In this document: positions 18,906 through 28,537 of the stretch, one piece after another | How positions within the stretch are numbered: position 1 is the first letter of the stretch | How the letters are laid out: every line of letters starts with the position of its first letter | Translations under genes and position numbers: made by a program | Source of the DNA: an uncultured Gammaproteobacteria bacterium | Lineage (GTDB): Bacteria > Pseudomonadota > Gammaproteobacteria > JAURND01 | Direction of reading: 5' to 3' | Assembly (NCBI GenBank): GCA_963714975.1 | Contig: CAVQQD010000001.1 | Coordinates: 256,001-320,000, forward strand | DNA length: 64,000 nucleotides | Notes under the pieces: generated by a model | The model's database searches: none | What the model saw: only the letters and a program-made list of their open reading frames with translations | What the model was told of the DNA's origin: nothing

Positions 18906-19947
18906 GCCCTTCTCGATAAGTGGCCAACTGCAGCAGCATGGATTCCGTTTGCTCCCACCCTAAACAAGGATCAGTGATCGATAAGCCATTTAAGCTCACA
19001 TCGGCGGGATTCTGATGGTCAATGGCTTGATTACCAGGCAATAGAAAACTCTCCATCATAAATCCTTTGATCAATTTTCGTAATTCTGGATGATCTTTTA
19101 AACTTTCCAATACTTCAAACACCACGTGAGGTTGTTGATTGAAATCCTTTTTACCATTGACTACGCAATTGTCATGGCTCGCATCAATCATCACGGCAGG
19201 ATTTTGAATGCCATGGCGGTCCATTTCTTGCTTAACTTGCTGCAGATGCGCAATGGAATAATTAGGTTGTTGATTGCTGCCACGCAGCACTAAATGCGCA
19301 TAGGGATTGCCACTGGTTTGTACTTCATAGCCATCGAACACCGCCACATGCGGATGCTGAGCCGCTACAATGCTATTCACCCCCACCACCAAGGATCCAT
19401 GGGTAGGATTTTTCATGCCGACCGCGCAATCAATGGCTGAGGCAAAAATACGATGTTCCTGGTCTTCGGCACTTCGCGCACCGATAGCCACCCAGGATAA
19501 AAGCTCAAGGAATCCCTTGGCATTGTGGGTAAACAAAGCTTCATCGGCAATCGGCAGCCCCATCTCGACGATATCAATCATCATTTCCCGCACATAACGT
19601 ATTCCAGACTCAATATCGGCGGCAGCAAAAGGACTGGGTTGATTAAGAGGGCCTATCCACCCTTTAGTGGTGCGAGGCTTTTGAATATAAACGCGCATGA
19701 CTATTTTGATGACATGCTTAATTTTTTCATTGAGTGCTAGCAAGCGTTTGGCATATTCAATCACCGCTGGTTTTGGCCAAGCCGAACAAGGCCCTACTAC
19801 CATCAGCAAACGCGCATCTTGTCCCCCTAGAATATTTTTAATCTCTTCCCTATCCTGCATCACTCGTTCCTCACCCTCGGCGGATAGAGGAAGGGTACGA
19901 ATAAGCTCTTCTGCAGCTGGAAGTTTTTTTATCACGGTAAAACTCAT
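18895..19947 (-). CDS. Class I DAHP synthase
   Basis: VVGPCS, KPRTTKGW, IGARS, GMKN, DASHDN, SITDPC. Confidence 0.93.
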   Translation of the reverse strand: MSFTVIKKLPAAEELIRTLPLSAEGEERVMQDREEIKNILGGQDARLLMVVGPCSAWPKPAVIEYAKRLLALNEKIKHVIKIVMRVYIQKPRTTKGWIGPLNQPSPFAAADIESGIRYVREMMIDIVEMGLPIADEALFTHNAKGFLELLSWVAIGARSAEDQEHRIFASAIDCAVGMKNPTHGSLVVGVNSIVAAQHPHVAVFDGYEVQTSGNPYAHLVLRGSNQQPNYSIAHLQQVKQEMDRHGIQNPAVMIDASHDNCVVNGKKDFNQQPHVVFEVLESLKDHPELRKLIKGFMMESFLLPGNQAIDHQNPADVSLNGLSITDPCLGWEQTESMLLQLATYREGHGS

Positions 19948-19992
19948 AATTTCATATCTCTTAATTAAGCACGTCACCCCTGCATGATGGGG

Positions 19993-21021
19993 TTACTTAA
20001 AACCTAAAGCCGCTAATCTCTTTTTTATACTTGGGTGGGTGGAAAAAGCATCCGATAACCCGCCAAAACTACTAATACCCGCTTGCAACGGGTCAAAAAT
20101 ATAAGCCTGTCGTCGCACAGATTCGTGCGACGTTGCCTGGGTTTGTTGGCCATAAACTTCGGCATTTTGCTGATAATCTCCCTGAATCTTTAATAAAGCC
20201 CGGGCCAGCGGTTCATTATTGCGGGTGAGTTCTACGCAACCGGCGTCCGCCATATACTCACGCGTCCGACTTAAATAGAGGGTAAGCAAAATCGTGGTAA
20301 TAGGCAAAATCCACCGTAATAAAATAATAATAAACAGCAAATTATTACGACCGCGATCGCCAGAACGACGGCCAAAAATAGCGCTATAAAATAAAATATC
20401 TAACAACATCAGCATCAAATTACTTAGCACCGAAGCCATCAAAGTTAATTTGATATCGCCATGACGAATATGGCTGAGCTCATGCGCCATTACGGCTTGC
20501 AGTTCACTGCGATCTAACTTTTCAATCAAGCCGCGGGTGATCGCCACCATGGCTGATTTTTCACTATAGCCGCTGGCAAAAGCATTCATATAATCTGCCT
20601 CAATTAAATAAATCTTTGGCATATAATGCAAGCCAGCCGCCACTTTCATTTCTTCAACTACATTATAGAGCTGGATTTCTTGGGTAGTCTTTGCAGTCTC
20701 CGGGGTAATTTCTCGATACTCCGTCCCCAGCAACATGAGTTTGTCATAGAACTTAAAGGTGACCCACAAGGAAATAATGGCCACTGCCCCGGCAATTAAG
20801 GCCACTTGCGGGAAAAGCCGAAAGCTAATTAGGGCAAAGAAAATTTGCGATAAAGCAGCATTCGGATATTGCCCCGAATAAATGAACATATCGACCAGCA
20901 AGCCAATAAAAAAATAAATCAGCATAAAAGTAATGATGACAAAATAAGTACGGCGAGTGTTTAACTTAATTAAACCTCGCCAGTCTGGGGCATGATTGTG
21001 GGTGTTATTTATCTGATTCAT
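19993..21021 (-). CDS. htpX: Zinc metalloprotease HtpX
   Basis: NAFASG, HELSH, SRTREYMAD, STHP. Confidence 0.93.
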   Translation of the reverse strand: MNQINNTHNHAPDWRGLIKLNTRRTYFVIITFMLIYFFIGLLVDMFIYSGQYPNAALSQIFFALISFRLFPQVALIAGAVAIISLWVTFKFYDKLMLLGTEYREITPETAKTTQEIQLYNVVEEMKVAAGLHYMPKIYLIEADYMNAFASGYSEKSAMVAITRGLIEKLDRSELQAVMAHELSHIRHGDIKLTLMASVLSNLMLMLLDILFYSAIFGRRSGDRGRNNLLFIIILLRWILPITTILLTLYLSRTREYMADAGCVELTRNNEPLARALLKIQGDYQQNAEVYGQQTQATSHESVRRQAYIFDPLQAGISSFGGLSDAFSTHPSIKKRLAALGFK

Positions 21022-21610
21022 CTGATTTACGATCGATCTTCACGGTGTATTCTTCTCTAGCACTTACCTGTTCTGCACTTAATTGCCAATAAGGAAAATC
21101 CAATTCCAGCTTGCCATGAAACAAAGAAACCACCATGGCAGCAAAAAAGGACTTCTTATCGGCGTTATAGCGTTCAATGCTATCATTCAAAGCTTGCTTG
21201 GAAAAAGCGAGTTTATTTTCAGTATTGACCACTTCCTCTTGGAGCTGCAATGCATTTTCGTTGGCCTTCAAAGTGGGATACTGTTCAAAAACGACATTTA
21301 ATCCCCCTAAAATTTGCGAAATCTTATTTTCCGAAGCAATGCGCGCTCCTTCATCTCCCTGGGCGTGGGCTTGCTGCGCCTGAGCACGCAAACCTACGAT
21401 GTCTTTGAGGGTGCTCCGTTCATAGTCCATATAGTTTCTTAAGACATTAATTAAGGACTCAAAGACCTTATAACGCCGATCCAATTGGATATCGATCTGC
21501 TTTTGGTTATTTTTGACTGCCTCAATTTCGGCAATTAAGCGATTATAGGTCAGAACAATAAACCCAAGGATTAAAGCAATGATGATAAGGGAAATAATTA
21601 AAGCACCCAT
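21005..21610 (-). CDS. lemA: LemA family protein
   Basis: IDIQLDRR, EQYPTLKAN, ENKLAFSKQALN; adjacent to htpX. Confidence 0.93.
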   Translation of the reverse strand: MGALIISLIIIALILGFIVLTYNRLIAEIEAVKNNQKQIDIQLDRRYKVFESLINVLRNYMDYERSTLKDIVGLRAQAQQAHAQGDEGARIASENKISQILGGLNVVFEQYPTLKANENALQLQEEVVNTENKLAFSKQALNDSIERYNADKKSFFAAMVVSLFHGKLELDFPYWQLSAEQVSAREEYTVKIDRKSDESDK

Positions 21611-21682
21611 AGAATGACCTCCTTTTTCAAATTAGGCTGCATTATAACCTATTTATGGCTAAAAATCAGCGGAGAAGGGATA

Positions 21683-22522
21683 TTATTGCCTAATTTGTAA
21701 TGCTCGCGCATAAAGCTTATTTCGCTTCTCTCCAGTAATTTCAGCCGCTAACTCCACGGCCTGTTTGAGCGGTAATTGCCCAGATAAAATTTTCATTACC
21801 CGTAAACTTTCAGCCGCTAGCTCATTGTCGATTGGAGCTGGAGAAGCTCCGGCAACTAAAACCACCCATTCGCCCTTTTGTGAAACCGCATTTTCAAGCC
21901 ACACACTCGCTTCAGCTGCAGTACCATAAAAAAATGTTTCAAACGTTTTGGTTAATTCTTTAGCCAGCACAACCTGTCGATCGAGAGAAAAAACTTGCGC
22001 TATATCGTGGCACAGTTTAAGAATGCGGTGGGGAGCTTCATAAAATATTATCGTTCGCTCTTCTTGGGCTAAATCCGCTAACTGCCGGCGGCGCTCAGTA
22101 TCGCGAGCTGATAAAAACCCTTCAAATACAAAGCGTGCTGTAGGTAATCCCGCAGCAGACAGTGCAGTAATTGCAGCACACGGTCCTGGAATGGGGATTA
22201 TTTTTATTCTGGCTTCCCGTAAATTTTTAATCAACCAATAGCCAGGATCACTAATTAATGGGGTACCCGCGTCACTGATCAGGGCAATGTCTTTACCCTC
22301 TTGCAGCCAACGCAAGCAAGCTGCAAGCCGTTTTTGTTCATTAAACTCATGTAAAGAAAATACCGGGGTGGTAATACCATAATGTTGGAGCAAGCGTTTG
22401 CTATGACGGGTATCTTCAGCGGCGATGAGCTGCACCGTTTTGAGCACCGTTAACCCCCGCTGGCTGATATCACCCAAATTACCGATGGGGGTAGCTACTA
22501 CATAAAGAATACCCTCACCCAT
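21683..22522 (-). CDS. rsmI: 16S rRNA C1402 2'-O-methyltransferase
   Basis: LYVVATPIGNL, AEDTRH, SDAGTPLISDPG. Confidence 0.96.
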   Translation of the reverse strand: MGEGILYVVATPIGNLGDISQRGLTVLKTVQLIAAEDTRHSKRLLQHYGITTPVFSLHEFNEQKRLAACLRWLQEGKDIALISDAGTPLISDPGYWLIKNLREARIKIIPIPGPCAAITALSAAGLPTARFVFEGFLSARDTERRRQLADLAQEERTIIFYEAPHRILKLCHDIAQVFSLDRQVVLAKELTKTFETFFYGTAAEASVWLENAVSQKGEWVVLVAGASPAPIDNELAAESLRVMKILSGQLPLKQAVELAAEITGEKRNKLYARALQIRQ

Positions 22523-22523
22523 C

Positions 22524-23087
22524 TCATCTACAGCTTAAAAAGGACTTTACTAAATAAGAACTCACTTGTCCCGCGCTTTGTTGGCGCAAAATGGACCATT
22601 GGGTCGGTAGTGGCAAAGGTTGTAAATCACGCTCAGCTTCAATATAAATGAGTGCTGCTGGCGCCACGCAGTGGTTAGCTTCCAACCATTGGTAGCAAGT
22701 AGGTAAGCAATTTTGATGAAAGGGCGGGTCTAAAAACACTATATCAAATCTGCCTAGCTCAGATAATTTTAGCTTTGGAATCTGCCCACAGTACAAACGG
22801 ACCCGATCCCCGCCACCTAAAATCTTTACATTAGTTTGCAATTCTTTAATCACTTGGGGTGACGTATCAATCATGACTACAGAATGAGCTCCTCGTGACA
22901 AGGCTTCAAATCCCAAGGCGCCGCTACCTGCGAATAAATCCAAACAACGCGCACCAATAACTTTATGCATAAGCCAATTAAACAAAGTTTCACGCAACCT
23001 ATTCGGCGTGGGACGTAATCCAGGTAAGCTACTAAAATGTATTTTACGACCGCGCCATTGGCCACCAATGATTCTCACAGCTCCCAT
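22524..23087 (-). CDS. rsmD: 16S rRNA G966 methyltransferase
   Basis: RIIGG, LRPT, DLFAGSGALGFEALSRGA, DPPF. Confidence 0.96.
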   Translation of the reverse strand: MGAVRIIGGQWRGRKIHFSSLPGLRPTPNRLRETLFNWLMHKVIGARCLDLFAGSGALGFEALSRGAHSVVMIDTSPQVIKELQTNVKILGGGDRVRLYCGQIPKLKLSELGRFDIVFLDPPFHQNCLPTCYQWLEANHCVAPAALIYIEAERDLQPLPLPTQWSILRQQSAGQVSSYLVKSFLSCR

Positions 23088-23093
23088 GGAGTC

Positions 23094-24464
23094 TTATGAG
23101 GCCTTAGCAGTAGTCATACCTTCTGAACTAGGTTGTCCTACCATCACGGTGATAAAAGCATCAGGATCTAAATGGTTGTGAAAAGCCTCTTTAATTTGCG
23201 CAGGAGTTACAGCACTAATTTTACTGCGATAGCTATCAAGATAATCCAGCGGCAATCCATAAAAGGCAATAAAACTAATTCGATTTAAAATCTCAACATT
23301 ACTATCAATGGTCAATGGAAATTCACCAACGATATGCTGCTTAGCTTTTTCCACTTCCTGATCGGTAGGCCCTTTCTCTAAAAAATTAAGCAAAATCGAT
23401 CGTGCAACATCAACGGCATTTTTCGCCTGCTGGTTACGCGTTTGTAATGCAACGATAAAAGGCCCCTTACCTTGCCACAAAGCAAACTGACTATTAGTGC
23501 CATAAACAAGGCCACGCTGTTCACGCAGTTGGACAAAAAGCTGAGACACTAAAGCCGCTCCCCCCAAAATATAGTTCCCAACCGTTAAGGGAAATATTTC
23601 AGAGTCTTGAGGAGCCACGCCGATTTGCCCAAGCAAAATAGCTGTTTGTTGTGAAGGAAAGGTAATTTGTTTCGTAACCGGTTTCAGAGGCGCCTGGGCC
23701 AAGGGTATAGTTTGCGCTGCCTGACCCTTTGCCAAAGATTTGCTCACTTGCTCAGCGACATCGTGTGCTTGCTGTGTGCTTAAATTCCCAACGAGGGTAA
23801 TTAAAGCATTTTTACTCACATAAAACTGTTTATAAAAATCGCGAACGTCCTGCTGAGTAAGCTGCGCTACTGACGCGAGCGTTCCAGCGCTGGAATGTCC
23901 ATAGGGCTGTTCACCATATAAGAGTTTCAAGAAAGCATTTCTTGCAACAACGGTCGGTAGCTGCAACTCTGCTTGTAAGCCAACCATTACCTGTTTTTTG
24001 ACCCGCTCAAACGCATTAAGCGCAAAATCTGGGGCAGCAACGACTGTGGTATAAATTTGCAATGCGGGTTGTAAGTAGTTTGCATCCGTCAAGCTACGCA
24101 TCCCCACAGTAGCGAGATCGTTATTAACTCTTGCATTGAAAATGGCGCCTGCAGCATCAAATTTTTCAGCAATCTGATCCGCAGATAAACCAGCTGCCCC
24201 TTCATCCATTAAAGAATTGGTTAAATTAGCCAGGCCATGTTTTTTCTCGTCATAGCCAGAACCCGCTCGAAATACTAGTTGAATATCCATCATGGGAATT
24301 TCTTGTGCTTGCACGAAATACACCGGGACCCCTTGGGCCGTTTCCCAATGCTGAATATTTAACACGCGAGATGCAGGAGCAACTGGATTTTGCGCCAAAA
24401 CAGGAGAACTGATATTTAACGAGCTAGCGATCATAATGCACCTGATTATCCATTTAATGTACAT
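23094..24464 (-). CDS. M16 peptidase, non-catalytic subunit
   Basis: M16 fold motifs without HxxEH; REQRGLVY. Confidence 0.9.
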   Translation of the reverse strand: MYIKWIIRCIMIASSLNISSPVLAQNPVAPASRVLNIQHWETAQGVPVYFVQAQEIPMMDIQLVFRAGSGYDEKKHGLANLTNSLMDEGAAGLSADQIAEKFDAAGAIFNARVNNDLATVGMRSLTDANYLQPALQIYTTVVAAPDFALNAFERVKKQVMVGLQAELQLPTVVARNAFLKLLYGEQPYGHSSAGTLASVAQLTQQDVRDFYKQFYVSKNALITLVGNLSTQQAHDVAEQVSKSLAKGQAAQTIPLAQAPLKPVTKQITFPSQQTAILLGQIGVAPQDSEIFPLTVGNYILGGAALVSQLFVQLREQRGLVYGTNSQFALWQGKGPFIVALQTRNQQAKNAVDVARSILLNFLEKGPTDQEVEKAKQHIVGEFPLTIDSNVEILNRISFIAFYGLPLDYLDSYRSKISAVTPAQIKEAFHNHLDPDAFITVMVGQPSSEGMTTAKAS

Positions 24465-25845
24465 GAGTTGCTTCTCCTGGCGCAGCCGGGGCTTGAGCGG
24501 GCTTCTGCCCTTTTTCCAAAGGCAAGGGCTGCAATTCGGCAACAGTGAGGTTTTCAGGAATAAAATAATGTCTTGCTACTTCTTGTATTTGTGCTGGGGT
24601 AACCGCGGCAATCCGTTGGACGAATTCATCTCGAAGTTGCCAAGGCAGGCCTACAGCAATTAATGAACCAATTTCTTCTGCTTGATGGCTGATCACATCC
24701 TGAGAATATACCTTACTAGCGATGACTCCAGTTTTTACTCGCGCCAATTCTTCAGCTAAAACCAGGGTATCTTGCAATTTTTTGATTTCAGTAATCAAGC
24801 CTGTCTTAATTTCTTCACTAGTTCGCCCCGGCGCCGGGGTACCTTGTAAATAAACAGCAGTACTCAATCGTTGATAAGGATCATAATCAATCTGGGCATC
24901 TGCCGCAATTTGACTACCACGAATTAAATCTTTGTTTAACCAACTATTGCTGCCACTACCTAAAATAGCAGCGATTACCGCTAAAACATAAGGATCATTG
25001 CTCTGACGTGCTTGAGGGACGCTAGGAACATTGTAAGCCATTAATACCCAAGGCACTTGTGCTGGCAGGCGAGTCACCAGACTGCGTTGCCCTACTGAAG
25101 GTAGTTCAACTTGGGGCTTGATTTCCGGTAACACTGCGGATTTTAACGGACCAAAATATTGCAATGCGAGTTGATAAATTTCCTGGGGTTTTACATCACC
25201 TACCACCACAATAAAAGCATTATTAGGGGCATACCATTGTTGATACCATTGTTGTAAATCATGTAACTTCAGGTTCTTGATGTCATTCATCCACCCAATC
25301 GGTAAATGATGATAAGAGGTAGAAATAAAAGTGGCTGCAACCAAACGCTCATAGGTAAAAGATTGCGGGTTATCTTCAAAACGCATCCGTCGCTCTTCCA
25401 TCACCACTTGCATTTCTTTGGCAAATTCTTCCGGGGTCAAATTTATATTTCGCATTCGATCTGCTTCCAACTCAAATGCAATCGCTAATTTTCGCGAATC
25501 CATCAGCTCGTAATAGAGTGTGTAATCTGTTCCGGTCATCGCATTGAGTTGAGCACCCACATCAGACAGAATACGTGAAAATTCACCTCGGCCATGCTTT
25601 GCAGTGCCTTGGAACATCATGTGCTCTAAGGCGTGAGAGATACCAGTAATCCCATTGGGCTCATAACTCGAACCCACCTTATACCAAACTTGTAACACAG
25701 CTACGGGCGCACGATGATCCTCTTGGACAAACACCTGGAGGCCATTTGGTAAAGTATACGAAGTAACTTCTTTGGCAGAAGCCGGAAGAGGAAGCATAAG
25801 GGCCATAAATAAGGTCAACACAATAGTGAAAATGAACTGTCGCAC
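24454..25845 (-). CDS. M16 peptidase, catalytic subunit
   Basis: HALEH motif; GTG start with AAGGA RBS. Confidence 0.92.
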   Translation of the reverse strand: MRQFIFTIVLTLFMALMLPLPASAKEVTSYTLPNGLQVFVQEDHRAPVAVLQVWYKVGSSYEPNGITGISHALEHMMFQGTAKHGRGEFSRILSDVGAQLNAMTGTDYTLYYELMDSRKLAIAFELEADRMRNINLTPEEFAKEMQVVMEERRMRFEDNPQSFTYERLVAATFISTSYHHLPIGWMNDIKNLKLHDLQQWYQQWYAPNNAFIVVVGDVKPQEIYQLALQYFGPLKSAVLPEIKPQVELPSVGQRSLVTRLPAQVPWVLMAYNVPSVPQARQSNDPYVLAVIAAILGSGSNSWLNKDLIRGSQIAADAQIDYDPYQRLSTAVYLQGTPAPGRTSEEIKTGLITEIKKLQDTLVLAEELARVKTGVIASKVYSQDVISHQAEEIGSLIAVGLPWQLRDEFVQRIAAVTPAQIQEVARHYFIPENLTVAELQPLPLEKGQKPAQAPAAPGEATHVH

Positions 25846-25915
25846 AGCGTTTCCTTTTGGGGCAAAGTGGAATAAAGTATAGCGCATATATTCTGTTAAT
25901 AGGAACACAAATAAT

Positions 25916-26914
25916 ATGTTTGGCTTGCGCAAACCCAAAACAACCCCTGGAACAATCATTACCTCAGCGCCCCCGGTTCAAGAAAAACCCAAGGGCTTAT
26001 TCGGCACCCTAAGTCAGGGACTGAAGCGCACCCGAAGCCAATTTTCCGAAGGATTAGCCACACTCCTTTTTGGCAAGAAAATAGTCGATGCTGAGCTATT
26101 GGAAGAAATTGAAACCCACCTGCTCATGGCCGATGTCGGAGTTACGGCCACCGAACATATTGTGGGAGAAATGACCGCGCGAGTAAAACGCAAGGAATTG
26201 GCAGATGCCTCAAACTTATTTCGCGCACTGCAAGAAGCGCTAATTACTATTCTTAGCCCCTGTGCTACTCCTTGGATTATTCCCCCTGACACTAAGCCTT
26301 ACATTATTTTAATAGTAGGGGTCAACGGCGCCGGCAAAACCACTACAATTGGTAAATTAGCCAAGCGTTTCCAGGCAGAAGGCAAATCCGTTTTGTTGGC
26401 TGCAGGTGATACCTTTCGTGCCGCTGCGATCGACCAATTACAAGTTTGGGGAGATCGCAATCAAATACCAGTCATTAAACAACTTCCCGGCGCAGATAGC
26501 GCCTCGGTCATTTTTGATGGTTTATCAGCTGCTCGGGCACGGAATGTTGATATCATGATTGCTGATACTGCCGGTCGCTTGCATACTCAGACTCATTTGA
26601 TGGAGGAATTAAAAAAAATTAAGCGTGTGATGACGAAATTGGATCCCACTGCCCCACATGAAACTATGTTGGTGCTTGATGCCGGGATTGGACAAAATGC
26701 CCTACGCCAAGCCGAACAATTTAACGAGGCAATCCAATTAACTAGCCTAACCCTCACTAAATTAGATGGAACAGCCAAAGGAGGAGTGATTTTTTCTTTG
26801 GCTGAGTCTTTAAAATTACCTATTCGTTTTGTGGGGGTGGGAGAAGGTATTGAAGATTTGCAGCCATTTGATGCAAAATTATTTGTTGAAGCTTTATTGC
26901 CATCACGTGAGTGA
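25916..26914 (+). CDS. ftsY: SRP receptor FtsY
   Basis: GVNGAGKTT, DTFRAAA, DTAGR, TKLDGTAKGG. Confidence 0.98.
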   Translation: MFGLRKPKTTPGTIITSAPPVQEKPKGLFGTLSQGLKRTRSQFSEGLATLLFGKKIVDAELLEEIETHLLMADVGVTATEHIVGEMTARVKRKELADASNLFRALQEALITILSPCATPWIIPPDTKPYIILIVGVNGAGKTTTIGKLAKRFQAEGKSVLLAAGDTFRAAAIDQLQVWGDRNQIPVIKQLPGADSASVIFDGLSAARARNVDIMIADTAGRLHTQTHLMEELKKIKRVMTKLDPTAPHETMLVLDAGIGQNALRQAEQFNEAIQLTSLTLTKLDGTAKGGVIFSLAESLKLPIRFVGVGEGIEDLQPFDAKLFVEALLPSRE

Positions 26915-28191
26915 TCAGGAACCACCATATCATTGTGGCAGCCATTAAAAGGATATTAAAAACCATGACCCTACTACGCCAATTATTTTTAATCGCCATT
27001 TTCTTTAGTGGTTCGGCTTTCGCCCAGCACGCTCATCATTATCCCATTACCGGATCTGCAACCACTGAAAACATTGCGGCCTTCGATACGAAATTTATTT
27101 CCTTTTTAAGGCAATGGGGGATTCCAGGCGCCGCGGTGACCGCCGTCCGCAACGGTAATATCCTAGTACAACGGGGCTATGGTTGGGCTAACCTAGAAAA
27201 GCACGAAGCCGTCCAGCCTTATTCGAGGTTTCGCATCGCCAGTGTCTCAAAAACCTTTACCGCCGTGGCTATACTAAAACTTGCTGAAGCACATAAACTG
27301 AATTTAAACGATAAAGTATTCAACCTCTTAAGCGACCTCACCCCATTAAGAGAGCGCAAAATTAATCCGCAGATTTACCAAATTAGTGTCTTAAATCTAT
27401 TACAGATGTCGTCAGGTTGGTTTTCACCAGGATCGGGCCATTTCGATCCCTTGTTTGGACCTTGGCCTCCTAGCATCACTCGCATACTCCACCCCGAATT
27501 ACCCGCCAGCTGTCAAACGACCACCCGTTACATGATGTCTGTGCCGCTGCGCTTTAAACCAGGGACCAACTATTCCTATTCGAATCTGGATTATTGCATC
27601 CTGGGCTTGATCATTAACAAAGTGACTGGAACCCGCTATGGCTATCATGGCTATGAAAATTACATCGAAAGGGATTTATTACACCCGCTGGGGATTCATG
27701 ATATGACTATCGCGAGTACTCAATACAAATATCGCTTATCGAATGAAGCCACCTATTATCGAGATATCCATACCAGCCCTCAGACGTCCCTTGACACGAA
27801 GTCGCACTTGCCCTACAGCAGCTCAGAAATCCTCAAAAAGAATTTTTCTAATGCGGGATGGGTGGCAACAGCAACTGATCTAGCGCTGTTTATTCACGCG
27901 GTGTGGGAACACAAAATCCTCAATGTAAAAAGTTTAGCGTTAATGCTGGAGAAACCTGCTTTCGTTAGCGCAAAAAAAAATAACTATTACACCATTGGCA
28001 GTCTGGTCCATTTAGTAAACGGGCAACGTTATTGGATTCAGCATGGCAGCTTTACTGGAACAAATGCCTTTATTGTCACCAAGCCGGATGGAACCACGAT
28101 TGCCGCCGTCTTTAACTCTCGCCCCAATGCTGCCTTTTTCTCGAAGTGTAGACCGCAGTTGTTAGCGATGTTAATTAATAGCGGCTTTTAG
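26911..28191 (+). CDS. Secreted serine hydrolase (beta-lactamase/AmpC-like fold)
   Basis: IASVSK (SxxK), YSN, HGS; signal peptide; start may be slightly downstream. Confidence 0.85.
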   Translation: MIRNHHIIVAAIKRILKTMTLLRQLFLIAIFFSGSAFAQHAHHYPITGSATTENIAAFDTKFISFLRQWGIPGAAVTAVRNGNILVQRGYGWANLEKHEAVQPYSRFRIASVSKTFTAVAILKLAEAHKLNLNDKVFNLLSDLTPLRERKINPQIYQISVLNLLQMSSGWFSPGSGHFDPLFGPWPPSITRILHPELPASCQTTTRYMMSVPLRFKPGTNYSYSNLDYCILGLIINKVTGTRYGYHGYENYIERDLLHPLGIHDMTIASTQYKYRLSNEATYYRDIHTSPQTSLDTKSHLPYSSSEILKKNFSNAGWVATATDLALFIHAVWEHKILNVKSLALMLEKPAFVSAKKNNYYTIGSLVHLVNGQRYWIQHGSFTGTNAFIVTKPDGTTIAAVFNSRPNAAFFSKCRPQLLAMLINSGF

Positions 28192-28207
28192 AGTCGTTCA
28201 GCCTCTC

Positions 28208-28290
28208 CGTCATCCCGAGCGACCAGTGTCATCCCGAGCGAAGCGAGGGATCTCCATGCCAGTTGCAGGAGATCCCGTCGCAAGCTCCTC
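28208..28290. repeat. REP family B doublet with duplicated head
   Basis: GTCATCCCGAGCGA twice, then GGGATCTCC..GGAGATCCC. Confidence 0.85.
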
Positions 28291-28314
28291 AAATACCGGG
28301 ATTACTGCTCTTTC

Positions 28315-28356
28315 AACCTAGATTCGGCAGTAGAAACCTACTGCCGAATCTAGGTT
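28315..28356. repeat. Perfect 19-bp inverted repeat with 4-nt loop
   Basis: AACCTAGATTCGGCAGTAG-AAAC-CTACTGCCGAATCTAGGTT. Confidence 0.9.
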
Positions 28357-28465
28357 AAATTGCTCAATGCTCATGCCAGGCGGCATAATACCAGGGTTTT
28401 GGATCTCAAGCTTATCTTCATAAAAACTAAAATTATGCTAAAAAATGCATTAAATTAATTAAAAT

Positions 28466-28494
28466 TTGACAATTAACTAGACTTCATATAAAAT
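28466..28494 (+). promoter_or_regulatory. Near-consensus sigma70 promoter
   Basis: TTGACA-N17-TAAAAT, 43 nt before ATG at 28538. Confidence 0.7.
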
Positions 28495-28537
28495 TGTTAG
28501 CATCGAACAAGGTTACAAAGAGTTATTAGGGTGATTT

